NCBI GenBank assembly: GCA_002633005.1
Contig: NMRA01000095.1
Coordinates: 786,412-850,411 of the forward strand
Direction: 5' to 3'
Source: Phoronis australis
Taxonomy: Eukaryota; Animalia; Phoronida
DNA length: 64,000 nucleotides
The translations under genes were made by a program, and so were the position numbers. This document shows positions 26,301-38,073 of the stretch, one piece after another. Positions within the stretch are counted from its first letter, which is position 1; the number at the start of each line of letters is the position of its first letter. The notes beneath the pieces are model-generated. The model saw only the letters and a program-made list of their open reading frames with translations, was not told where the DNA came from and ran no database searches.

Positions 26301-29300
26301 GTTAGAGAAAGACAGAAGAAAAGACAAAGAGCTTAAAAACCCCCAAGATCCACTTGCCTCCTTTACACGGAGGGATTGTGAAGTCTACAGCTGGAATGGA
26401 GACAGTGCACTCCGTTGACCGCACAACTTGTCTGTTCAAGTCCTGAAAAGTGAAGTAAGAAATCAGTCAAAAACAAAGTGATGTTCCGATAAGACTGAGC
26501 TATTAAAACATTCTTCACTCACAACTCAGTATTTGGGTAATGGTCTGATATGACGTGCCTGAATTTTGAGAACCAGTTTTCTCCACTGAATAACGGACAT
26601 CAAACTGGTTCTCAAAATACAGGCACATTATATCAGACTATTGCCCAGTATTTGAACATGCTGTGGCTCTTTCCAATTTGAAGCAACAAATCTGAGAAGC
26701 GTGGATATGGCACAAATTTTTAAAAGAAACTTGTATGTCGGTGGACATGACAAACTGGCACTGGGTATATTCATACACCACACTCATGTCCGTGGAGCAA
26801 AGAAAGTTTCAATAGAAGTCGTTTTTATTCTATTTTCTTGTTTTTGGGATATTGAATTTACCATTGATATATGCAGTGCTATACAAGAAGGTTTGTTGAT
26901 GCTGACAATGCAGTTGGTTGTAAAAACAAGGTAAATGGTGGCTTAAGCACTTTGAAGATGTATTTGCTCCTAACTGCAACAATGTATAGCAGGAACTAAA
27001 CGGCAATGCTATTTTACCACAATCAACACTAAACAAAGTGCAGTTGCATTCATTAACAACCTGTAAATGTGAAAAGAAAAAATTCTGGAAATAGGTGACC
27101 TTTGCACTAATGACGTGCCTCGCGGGCTCACATGACCCGCATCATGTCACGATACTTACTGGACATGGTGCAGTGAATGGCGGAGGATGACTTTTGCCAC
27201 TAAAACTCATTCTTAAAAACATTTGGCAATTTTCAACCTACTTCATATTCACATCATTGCTATATGCTATATTTCTAACCAATTTGCTCAAACAATGGCA
27301 GAGATAAGGAATTAGGGACAAGTTCCATTTTAAGAAAACTCATGACAATCATCTATACGTGGACTGGTAACGGTATTGTACTAGTGACCCTGTCTAAGAC
27401 TCACCTCCACATTGCGAACAGTAACTGCTACCTTTACACCCTCATCCTGAATGGATTCTGCCGACTGTACCTCGTTATTTTCATAATCACAATGGTCGCA
27501 AGAGAAAGAAGAGAGGATGACATTTCTGAAGTGAGGGATTCTTGTGAGAAGTAGCTTGGTAATTCCCTGCAGACAAACTGTATGTGTCTTCAAAATGGTT
27601 TAAGTATCAGTCTTTAAACTAAGGATCCTACGAAGTATCCAAGCACAATTCAAAGGACTGCAGGGCTCAATGCTCAACATAATGTCAACTCACCAAATGC
27701 GACTGCCAAAATTCACAGATCGCCTTAACTGGAAGTGAGATCGCTAGAATAAGTAAATACCACATGCGGGGATACAAAGGTCCTCGCGTCTACAAACAAC
27801 GCATAGTTGCTAACAATCAAAAAATGAAAAAAACCAGATACCTGAATTGAAAAACCACAAACTTAGAGAAAGTCACCAATAACAGCCAGGATTACTCAGG
27901 CTTTTTCTTCTTTTTAGTCAAATGAAAAATAAGAGATATATCGTAGGCTTGGTAATGACCAATTTCTCCCTTGGGTTCAATATCTCGTGCAGACTCACCT
28001 CCTGACAACTGAAGAAGAAGACGATCAGGACATATTACCGCACTATGAGTCATGGACGACTCCTTCTGATTTTGCCGAAAATTTCTAACAGTCTGTTTAC
28101 AAGAACTTTCTTTAGTATTTTGAGTGCGAACTCGGACGTGTGCACAAAGACAAGGAAATTTTTATCAGGTAATCAAACAAAATCTAAGGTCATGACTTAC
28201 AGGTTGCCAAATTGAGCCCTAGACTAATTTAAATCCAAATCTGAGAATAATCAATTCTAAATTGAATTGATTAGGTAACAAGTACATTTCCAGCCACATG
28301 GGACATAAAATGACTAGCCAGCCACGGTGCTAAGCGCCAAATTACCTGTCTTTCCAAAGGCCAAAAAACCACTTCTAATTAGAGTAAAGAACAGCTGAGA
28401 TCACTTTCATGACTTTGGTACTTGGCATATTTCAAAAGTTAGTTTTCTGCGGAGCACAGATACAGCTCCTTAGGATTACATACAAGTCACAAAATTCTAA
28501 GAACCCTGAAAGTGATCCCTTAAACCTCTGACAGACTGATTAACCAACGGGCTAGCTAATTGAAAACAATGTTTGTTAAGGTTATCTCCAACCTTATTTA
28601 GTGGCCTCCATTCTAACTTGTATATAAAAAACTAAGCTTTGTCAACCAGTAAAAGTACATATTTTCTGAAAGAACAAAGACCAGGAAATATAAATATACT
28701 TTTTGTTTTTATGGTCCAATGTTATTTTTATGTAAAAACCTTTTTTAAGTCAAAATTTCATTTTTAAGAAAGGTACATTCATAGCAAAATAACCCCTCGG
28801 TCGATTTTAATGAAACATTTTTTAAATGAAAACTTCACCAGTTACCTCAAAAATGCTGTTAGGAATTTTCGATTAGTCAGTTCGTTTGGTTTCTATGACA
28901 AATCAACTCGCAAAACGTAAGGTATTTTTTGTAAAAAATTGAAGTCATAATCCTCTTTGTCACATTACCCAAAAACTAGGCCTTTATATAAAAGTGTTCC
29001 TAAGTTCAAATAAAGTAGATTTGCCGAAGCCAAGAAAAAGCCGATTAAACTGGGAGAAGTGAAAATCACAAAGTCTTTGGTTAATTATTCAGTGAAAACT
29101 TGTTTTCGGTAGACATAACCTATACAATCCTTAACCATGTTAGCTATTTCAACGTTCACTCGCAATGTCAACTGATTTTGCAGAGCGTAACTAACTCAGT
29201 TATCATTAAAACCTCAAATAGACGTAATTGTTCCCAGCCAATTTTTACTGTTGTTTACGACCTACTTGCTAAGTAGGTCACAGTTCATAGCCTGCACACG

Positions 29301-30053
29301 TCATGTGCTGGAAGACTGATACAAAACCAAGTAAGAAATGGATAACAAAAATCGAATTGGTGGTTAAAGTATGTCGTTAGCATGAGATCGAAACATCGAA
29401 ATGTCAAGTTATTAATTGAATTAGGAAAGGAATTAGGGTGAGGATTTATCTCTTTTCACAACTTCCAGTGTTCATGACCACAGAGGCCTGAGGCGACTCG
29501 TAGCATTCGTTTTCAATGTCAATGGTCATATGCATGTAGACGCACAACTCCCTTAGTATCAAAACTACGCTTTGTCTTTGTTTTCTCCGGCGCCATTCAA
29601 TCATAAGTACACCTCGTTGGCTCAATGTTATGGCAGCTTTGTGACTGAAAGGACTGAGGGCATACGAAGCTGTTCTGTACCTGGCGGGAGATTCGATTTA
29701 ATTGAAAGTCCTTTAAGTTTTGACCTTGGATAAGTAGTAAACAAATATCCACGCGGTTGTGCGGTTCCAAGGTGGTTCTGCTTAATCTTTTTTTCTGGCT
29801 ATGCGGTATATATTTTGTATTTGAAGTTCCCCGAGAATGAAGATAAGGTATTTTGCTAGACACAAGTGAAACATTGTAAAAATGGCCAACTTTTGTGAAC
29901 AAGGTGGGAGATAACCTTAAGTTAGTACAAGAAACATAGATGTACCTGTTCATGGCAGTTCATACACAGACTCTCAATCTGGGTCAAGCCAGTCTCTTCA
30001 TCAACATTAAGGTCTTTAAACACTGGTTCAGACGTTTCATCACTATCTGACAT
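20336..30053 (-). CDS. ZPR1: Zinc finger protein ZPR1, 12 coding exons, 438 aa
   Basis: Exons 30053-29946, 27566-27405, 26442-26358, 25768-25698, 24696-24610, 24457-24417, 23526-23442, 23090-23022, 22487-22260, 21915-21805, 21068-20916, 20452-20336 total 1317 nt with consistent phases. Two C4 fingers (CMNC..CDHC; CPHC..CQYC), DPTGNSF and DDPAGNSY motifs, C-terminal [13 protein letters not shown]. Confidence 0.96.
23527..24416 (-). other. U12-type (minor spliceosome) AT-AC intron in ZPR1
   Basis: 5' site ATATCCTTT (24416-24408), branch point TCCTTAAC (23544-23537), 3' end ..GTAC (23527). Splicing restores QNP|FAP in frame. Confidence 0.93.
25769..26357 (-). other. GC-AG intron in ZPR1
   Basis: Donor AG|GCAAGT at 26357 is needed for the phase-1 join [13 protein letters not shown]; the nearby GT gives the wrong phase. 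Confidence 0.88.
26530..26650. mobile_element. About 120-bp hairpin MITE in a ZPR1 intron
   Basis: gggtaatggtctgatat..gtgcctgaattttgagaaccagttt pairs with aaactggttctcaaaatacaggcac..atatcagactattgccc. Confidence 0.8.
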
Positions 30054-30092
30054 CTTCCAGAACTGAAAGAGAGTCAATGGTTGTTATCTCTT

Positions 30093-30315
30093 GATGGTGC
30101 CATAGATTCCACTAGCACCATGACCATGATGGCGCCATAGACTCCACTAGCACCGTGACTGTGATGGCGCCATAGACTCCACTAGCACCGTGACCATGAT
30201 GGCGCCATAAGCTCCACTAGCACCATAGGCTCCACTAGCACCATGACCATGACTGCGCCATAGACTCCAATAGCACCATGACCATGATGGTGCATTAAAC
30301 TGTACTAGCACCATG
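30093..30315. repeat. 35-bp minisatellite, about 6 copies with internal deletions
   Basis: Unit gatggcgccatagactccactagcaccatgaccat, lying about 30 nt from the acceptor of the first coding ZPR1 exon. Confidence 0.9.
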
Positions 30316-30498
30316 CGAGTATACGGTATGACTAATACATTTTTGGAATCACCATGATCACCATGGCGAGATGATTCAGAAAATATTAACATCAAGTATG
30401 TACGTTCATGGAGTCGGATTGCAAAAAATAACCCAGGCACCTTTAATCGGCCCTCATCAATACACTTTATTTAGTGTATAGTTAAGGGTGATTAAAGG

Positions 30499-31219
30499 CA
30501 CAGGCATCCTCAGCTTCTGATCGTCCCCAATACACTATATATGTAGTACTACAAGGCATGACACTCAGGACAAGGAATTCCACGAGTGCTTCACTTCAGC
30601 TGTCCGTATCAAACACAAAACAGGCTTTCAACAAACCATGAGGAATTCTTTCTCCCAATACCATTTACGGTGTCATGCTTCACCGAGTTCACGAGAAATT
30701 CGCGGTCAAAGCACAACAATCTTACCAAAAAGCCCGTCAGGAGCAACTCAGGTGTCCCACGTGTGTCGGTACAGAATTATCCAATGAGTTACGGATGAAT
30801 GGCAATTGCCAACTTGTCACGGAAGGTTACGCAATCAAAATCTTTGACGCAATCTCTATCTAGCAAATCGGCTATTGCCGTTCATTCGTAATTCATCAGG
30901 TAATTCTGTACCGACTCACGTGGGACACAGGAGTTGCCCCGAACGTGCTTTTTGGGAACATTTTTGTGCTTTGACCGCGAATTTCTTGCGAACTCATTAG
31001 AGCAGGACACCGTAAATGGTATTGCCTATTGTCAGTATTAGGAGAAAGAAAAGTTCCTCATGTCATGGTTTGTTGAACTTCAGTTTTGTGAAAATTTGTA
31101 GAGTTTTGCGTTTACTATGGACGGCTGAAGTGAATCACCCGTCGAATTTCTAGTCCGGAGTGTCATACCTTGTAGTATTTTATAGTCTTGGGGACGATCA
31201 GAAGCTGAGGACGCCTGTG
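30499..31219. mobile_element. 721-bp foldback element with about 320-bp inverted arms and an 8-bp TSD (7/8 match)
   Basis: Termini cacaggcatcctcagcttctgatcgtcccca / tggggacgatcagaagctgaggacgcctgtg; arms pair almost to the centre; flanks attaaagg (30491-30498) and attaaagc (31220-31227). Confidence 0.88.
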
Positions 31220-31464
31220 ATTAAAGCCAAGCCCAACTTGGTGCCTGTGCCTGTGGTATGCCTGGTACTGCCTACTGGTAGAGAGAGTCGAGACCCAGCA
31301 GTAGGAGAATCCAGAACCATTAAAATTAACATGCAGCAGGGCCGTTATTCAGTGACTGCCCTAGTGAACCTGATTAATTAAAACACCTGGTTCTCTATCT
31401 TAATCTAGGGCTGCTATATTCGCCCAGTTCCGCGAGAACGTATTACTTCAAGATACTTTCTTAC

Positions 31465-31680
31465 CAGTGCCAGTGGCAATGCGTTTCCCTTTAAAATGTG
31501 ACTCGCCAAAACAGACGGAAATAGATGTCGCTGCGCAAGAAGTCATGTGAGTCCGTCAGCCAATGATACTTGAGTATTTTTTGCACATGGCTGAATTGAA
31601 GAAGTTCTAGTCTAGTTAACAAAATCTGGGAAGTTTCTTATATATTGCTTTTAATAACAAGGTTTTTGAACTTTTTTGAT
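31465..31680. promoter_or_regulatory. Probable bidirectional promoter of ZPR1 and TOMM40, including a non-coding ZPR1 exon 1
   Basis: The ZPR1 ATG exon has an acceptor 9 nt upstream of its ATG, so a 5' UTR exon is needed. A minus-strand donor CTG|GTAAGA lies at 31465/31464, and the TOMM40 ATG is at 31681. Confidence 0.6.
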
Positions 31681-34600
31681 ATGGGAAACGTATTCGCAGC
31701 AGAACCTCGTTCCATGCCTGGATTAGTTCCAGCACCTTCAATGTCTGCTATAGGAGATTCCGACAAAAAAGCCGAACCGGCTCCTGCAGAATCCAAGTCG
31801 ACGAATCATCCCGGGTCGTTTGAAGATTTACATAAATCTTGCAAGGGTAATGTCAAAGCCTTCTAGTGTTTTCTCGTCGTTTCGTTACGAAATTTGGCAG
31901 TGTTTGGTGGTAGTTGCTGTTCCTGATTTAAAGAACCTGGGCTGGGTTGCTGAAATCTGAATAAGTTGAATACAATGACGATTTCAAAATTATAATATAA
32001 TTCAGTCAGCGTAGTTCGAATATCCACTTATTTCGCTCAAAATTATATATATTTTTCTGATGGTCGACGCGTGTCAAATAAATTGAATATATACGAAGTT
32101 GGGTAGTTGACAGGTATGTGAAACTAACCTATGTAACGAAGCATTGCCAACTGCCCATGCTATTTATGTGAATTTTTAAGAAATGCTACTTACCATTTGC
32201 CTCAAGTTAACAAGAATTAAACATAATAGGACTTTAACCCATCTTTGGTGGAACAGTCTTTTGAGCATATAACTCCTAGTGACAGTTGTCATTCACCTAT
32301 TACTAGTAATGTTTACAACAGCACGTGATATCTGCTTCGAGTCGATAAATTAATTGATTAATTAACAATGTTCAAACCTTTTTAACACAGAAAGGAGAGC
32401 ATTTCTAGACTTTATTATGGTTTGACAGTGTGCATACTAGGTGCGGAAAATAGCCTCGCGCGAAATAAGTCTCGCGCGAAATAAGTCTCGCGCGAAATAA
32501 GTGAGGGATAAACTAATGTTATTACAAATAATTTTGAATGTGTGAAATGAGGTGAGTGCTGAATAAATGGATAACTGCTGTAGCAATCCCTGATTTGTGA
32601 ACTAGTTACATCCACTGAATAACAGTCCCGTAGTTCAGTAATTGCCTTTCTCAAAATCACAGACTGATACTCTCTACAGTTCAACAGTTACAATGTGATG
32701 CTTGATTAATGCTGCTTCTGGATTATGATTTGGGAAGTTGCGCTGTCTCATTATTCAAAGCTGGGGTGGTTAAGTAAGCTCTTGCCAATATCCAGCTGAA
32801 TCTGTAGACTTCGATGTTTTTTTGTCATTTGTTCATCCTTATCAATTGCATTAAGCCAATCCTATAACTGGCGGTGCTAGTGGCCGTGTTTAAAAAACTG
32901 AATGTCACCATGCTGTCCCAAAGCAATTAGCAGGATTCACATTCATAATGCGATCCTATATGAATAATAAACATTTACCCCCAAAAACCAGTGTTTACGT
33001 ATTTGCATCCGCTTATATTGTTCATGGGTTGCCAAGTTAGTACAACCCTAAAACTAAAATGGTTAATCACTACTGAAACAGGAGTATAACTTCTCCACTG
33101 TTTTACTAATCCATGACTGTTCATTCCACACCAGACTTGTTCCCAACGCCATTCGAGGGTGCTAAGTTGCTGATTAACAAGGGACTGAGTAACCACTTCC
33201 AAGTCAGTCACACTCTGACCATGAGTTCCATGCAGCCCTCTGGCTACAGATTCGGCTGTACATATGTTGGTTCGAAACAGTTCAGTCCTGTAGAGGTAAG
33301 CGTGTCTAAATATCATTGGGAAGACCAAAGTCTGTAATTTCACCCTTGTATATCTTGACTAACAAACCTCTGAAATAAGATCATGGTTTATGTGTGTGAA
33401 GCATGGAAAATCTGACAAATGACAAAAATTTGGTTCTTTAGTGTTAATAGATTTTTATCATTTAAGAATTTCTTATTTTAGATGAATTTTTTAAAATCAG
33501 ATTTTATATTTTCTTTTTGCAGGCGTTTCCAGTGCTCTTAGGTGACATGGACCCGAATGGAAATCTCAATGCTAACATTATTCACCAGTTTACAAAAAGT
33601 CTCAGGACAAAGTTTGTTGCTCAGGTATGCACATCACTGTTGCGTGGAGCAGAATGGATTTTGTCGAAATAACAGGAACGGAGCTGTTTACAAACAGGCT
33701 TAGCTGAGTTTTGGAGTCAGAGAAATCTGTAGAAACGCTTAGGTTGATATTGAAGCTATAAAATGGATGCCAATTTTTTAAAAAAGGGGTAATTTTTGAA
33801 GGATATTGCTGGTTTGACGTAGTTGTTGCTTATTTACAATTTACAATGGCGTCCGCTTAATATCCTACCCTCGGTTGTGACATAAATTATTATAAGTGGG
33901 ATATTCCATTTAGCTGGTTTCGACTGAGCCGTGATCATAACCATTCTTACAAGCTTACTATGCTGAGAAGGGGCCTTAAAATAAGACAGGTGAACTGGAA
34001 ATAACTGATTTTTACCCCAGGTACTGAGATCTGAAGGTGAAATTTCAGACGAATTGGGTTTTTAAAGTGAAAATCTTTGGTACAAATGGCAGTAAACGAG
34101 TGAGAATCAAATTTTTATGATTTTTTTAATCATGATAATATACGGAAATAAGATAATAGATCATTACATTATATGGGATATTTTGCATAAATTTAATGGG
34201 ATGGGATTTGGTTTTTTGACAGTTCATGACATCAACCGGGATATTCTATTATCTGTTGTGGCATAATTGGGTTCCATTGTACTATAGTGCTATGGCGTGG
34301 CAGGCATCACTTGCACAATATAATGACTTTCTATTGGCTGGGTTTTCAAGTGTTAACTAGGCATGTCGACTCTTTTCCAGATACAAAGTTCAAAATGGGT
34401 TGCCTCGCAGCTCACGATGGACTACAAGGGGGACGACTTCACAAGTTCATTAACTGTTGGCAACCCAGATATTGTTAATGAGTCAGGTAAGGTGTAGTGG
34501 CAGGTATAATGAAAGATAATTCCAGAGATTCTATCTATTGTGTCACTGCCATTTCATACATGCATTGTAGAGTGGTAGAGGGCTCGTAAACATCCAATGA

Positions 34601-37600
34601 CGTCATGGGTAACTTGATATGTCGTGTATGCAATATGTCGGAAAACGTTACACTTGTCTCTTGAGTGAACCAGAACTAAAACGTGAGTTTGTTGCATAAG
34701 CTTTTTGTTGCGTGTATGACTAACAATCAAAGACTGAGAATGGGCCTCAAAATTAAAATACTGCATCTCACTTCTGTGGGTGTAAAAAGGTTATATCGTG
34801 TGTGAACTTGGTACAGTTGTGTCCAAACACACCTTTGATCCGTGTCTTGTTTTTGTTTCCAGGTGTGCTTGTTGCTCAGTATTTACAAAGAGTGATGCCC
34901 AGCTTAGATTTGGGAGGTGAGCTGTTGTACCAGTACGGAGCCCAGCTTCCTGGTGGTGAAATAAGCATACTGACATTAGCTGGGAAATACACAGGTGAGA
35001 ATACAAGGCCACTGGTGACTGTGTCTTGAATGTGAACGTTGTCGTCGTGATATTGTTCTTGTAAATAGGCTATTGTATTGTTATCTAAACGAGTTGACGA
35101 ACGTTTTTGCAGGGTTTCAATCATGTCATTGGTTACCAATTTTAAATGTACAACATGGGTAAAATACACATCAGTGTGAGATGTGATATCAGGTGAGATG
35201 GAACAAGGGTACCCCCACTACTCTAATATTAAAGATCTCTGCATACTTGAGCAAAACATCTACCTCTGGATGCATTGTTTGTCATAGGATCCCATGTAAG
35301 GATAAACATCTCCAGAAAATTGAAATTACCTCTCAGTGTCCGGGTTATATTTGAGAACCTAGTTTTCGGACCTGTGCTTTATTTCAATATCATGTAACTG
35401 CGCCATCAATGATCATTCAGTCCAGTGTCTCCACTAAAGTCAGTTTAGCGTCACATTTTGATGGTGGCGGCCGGCCTGGGGTTAAAATTCAAGAACAATC
35501 ACCAGAGGGTAGATTTTGATTACAAAATTCTTTAGTAGGTACAGTGCACTCATGTATTTGAAATTGAGCTGAGATCTCCATTCTCCCAACATCTTTCCCA
35601 CTTGTTTTTTCGAAACCAAGAAAATGGCGAAAATGGAAATTCGTGCTTGAAGAACTCATGTAAGATAAAATAAGGTCAAAACTTTGAATGTTTACAAGTT
35701 CACCAAAACCCAACCCTAATTTTGTGAATCTCCTTGTGAAGTATTCACTCTTGCATTCTTGGTTTGCTTGGCATCAATCATTGGGAAAACTACCTTTCGT
35801 CTGAATGTGCGGTAAAACCTTTTCATTTCGGATGTAAAATCCAACACCCAAAGTTTTTCAAAATATTTTGGTTGCTATGATACGGGGCTTATATATGGCA
35901 AAGCATCAGTTTGGAATTATTGTATATCATTTGGAATTATTGTATATCATTTGGAATTATTGTATATCATTTGGAATTATTGTATATCATTTACAATGAA
36001 AAAATAATAATTCACCTGTATGCCATATTGTGTCATTAATTGGTAAGGCTTGACCTTAACCTGTTCAAAATGAAAATTATTTGCTGGAAAACTCGTGGGA
36101 AATGACAACATATTATGGTTGGGAGCTGCTCCCAGGTTTTCAGTTGTAACAAAGACTTCAACAACAATGATTATTATGGAGCACACAATGGAATCATGTT
36201 ATTGTCACTGGTTCCTTTTCAGGAGACAATTGGCAGTTAAGTGTGAATGTGACGCCCAGTGCGGCTGGACTGCACGCCTGTTACTATCACAAGATTAGCA
36301 ACGTTTTACAAGTTGGCTGTGAACTAGAAACAAGTCTTCGAATGCAGGAGAGCACTGCAACTCTCGGTTACCAGTACGAGATCCCTAAAGCTAATTTAAC
36401 ATTTCGAGGTAGGCATACTGTTTTGTAGGCTGCGTGCAAATTGAATAAAATAAGTGCCCATTTTATGAAACTTGTTGAATATTTACTGGTTCGTCATTGT
36501 ATGACAATGGCGACTTTAAATTTATTAGTGCCTCTAGTGTGACATCGGTTCTATTTGTAGAAGCACCTGCAATCAGGTAGTCATTGGATCATTAGACTCC
36601 AGACTACACCATGCTTTTGAAATCCTTTTTGCTGTCCATCTATTCAGATGATAAAATGAGAGAGCATTTATTTATTAGCAACACATGGTGAATGTGAATT
36701 CCGTTATTTTCGTCGGTATCACATCAATGAAATAACATGCTGTTGGTTGATAGAAATTTAGTTAAACAACTTAAGCTTGAAAGCGCAACAGAGTCAACTA
36801 CGAGGACTAATTTTTATGCGCCCACATATTTATATGTGGACGCATTATGCCGTCATCTCTGTCCGTCCGTCCGTCCGGGCGGCGTCCGTCCGGCGTCCGC
36901 TGCTCTATCTCCAAAACCCTTTGACATACGTTCATGAAATTTGGCACATATGTTCCATTCATGAATGGGACGGCATGTGCGAACTTTCGGACGGATCCGA
37001 CTACCGGTGTGCCCCCTAGTGGCAATTTTAGTTTTTTACGCTTACCTTTGTATCTTCAAAAGTCCTGAACGGATTTTCATGAAATTTGGTATGTAGGCAC
37101 CTATTAGTGAGATGACGCTATCCTACTGTTTTCAGATGGATTCGACGTAGTTTGCGCCACCTAGTGGCCATTTTTACTGTTTTCGAGTCTGTATTTTTGC
37201 GTCCACCCCTCTATCAACCAAACCGCTCAAAGGATGATTGTGAAAATTGGCGTGTATGTGCTTACTATAAGGAAGACAGCTGACAATGATTTTCAGACGA
37301 TTTGGACTACTGTGGCGCCTCCTAGTGGCAGTTTTGTTTTTTTGCGCCCATGGCTGTATCTCCCAAACCGTTTGCAGGATCTTTACTAAATTTAGCAAGT
37401 GTATTTATGTGATGTTGACAACGGACGATGACGACTTTAGGATGATTCTGATTACCGGTATGCCTCTAGTGGCAATTTTAGTATTTGCCTCTAGTGGCAA
37501 TTTTAGTATTTTACATTGACCTCTGTATTTTCATAGGTCTTCAGGTGTATACTTTGTGTTACTTCGTGACTGTGAAGGAAAAGTTCCAAGTAGAAATTTG

Positions 37601-38073
37601 TTTCTGGCATTCTAATGCTGTGCTAATCTCGTATGTTGGTAAATTTGTTTTTAATTCTATGTTTCTGTGGTGCTTTAAGCAACTGGTGTATAGGATGTGC
37701 TTGTATTATGAAGATTACTCACATTTTGCCCCTAGCCTATTGAGGAAACAATGACCATGCCTTTCCATTTTGCAAAGTATGCCCTCTACTGGCCACTTTA
37801 TGGTACCAATAAACAACCCTAGAAGGATACCGTATGCGGTGCAATTGTGGGCGCATTTCAACGCTCCGCGTTGCTCTTGTTTACTTTATGTGAACTTTTG
37901 GCATACATTGGATCCGTCTTTCCTCCATTTCAGGTCAATTAGATACCAACTGGTGCATAGCAGCTGTTTTAGAAAAGAAGTTACTTCCTCTACCCTTCAC
38001 ATTCGCATTGAGCGGCTATGCAAACCATGTCAAGTCACAATACAGGTTTGGTATAGGCATGTATCTAGGATAA
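31681..38073 (+). CDS. TOMM40: Mitochondrial import receptor subunit TOM40, 7 exons, 330 aa
   Basis: Exons 31681-31846, 33135-33295, 33523-33624, 34381-34486, 34863-34994, 36223-36408, 37934-38073 total 993 nt, GT-AG, consistent phases. Motifs MGNVFAA, PGSFEDLHKSCKDLFP, NKGLSNHFQVSH, GDMDPNGNLNANIIHQ, LEKKLLPLPFTF, C-terminal beta-signal YRFGIGMYLG. Confidence 0.97.
32455..32502. repeat. 16-bp tandem repeat x3
   Basis: ctcgcgcgaaataagt three times. Confidence 0.85.
35910..35992. repeat. 20-bp tandem repeat x4
   Basis: tttggaattattgtatatca four times, perfect. Confidence 0.92.
36811..37882 (+). mobile_element. Helentron-associated non-autonomous element (HINE / DINE-1-like), copy 1, in TOMM40 intron 6
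   Basis: T-run start, 5' subTIR atgcgcccaca with nearby partial inverse tgtggacgcat, (GTCC)n microsatellite, about 150-bp internal tandem units, 3' subTIR tgtgggcgcat, 3' stem-loop caacgc-tcc-gcgttg, then ctcttgtt. Confidence 0.85.

Noticed and set aside
29519-29596. ATGGCGCCGG-initiated minus-strand ORF as an alternative ZPR1 first exon
   Set aside because: It stops after 25 codons, has no suitable donor and shows no ZPR1 similarity.
30093-30440. 35-bp repeats as a CRISPR array, or the GASGAY ORF as a gene
   Set aside because: No unique spacers, eukaryotic intron, and the ORF derives from the repeat.
36737-37754. Several overlapping 65-90-aa ORFs
   Set aside because: They lie within the non-autonomous HINE repeat.
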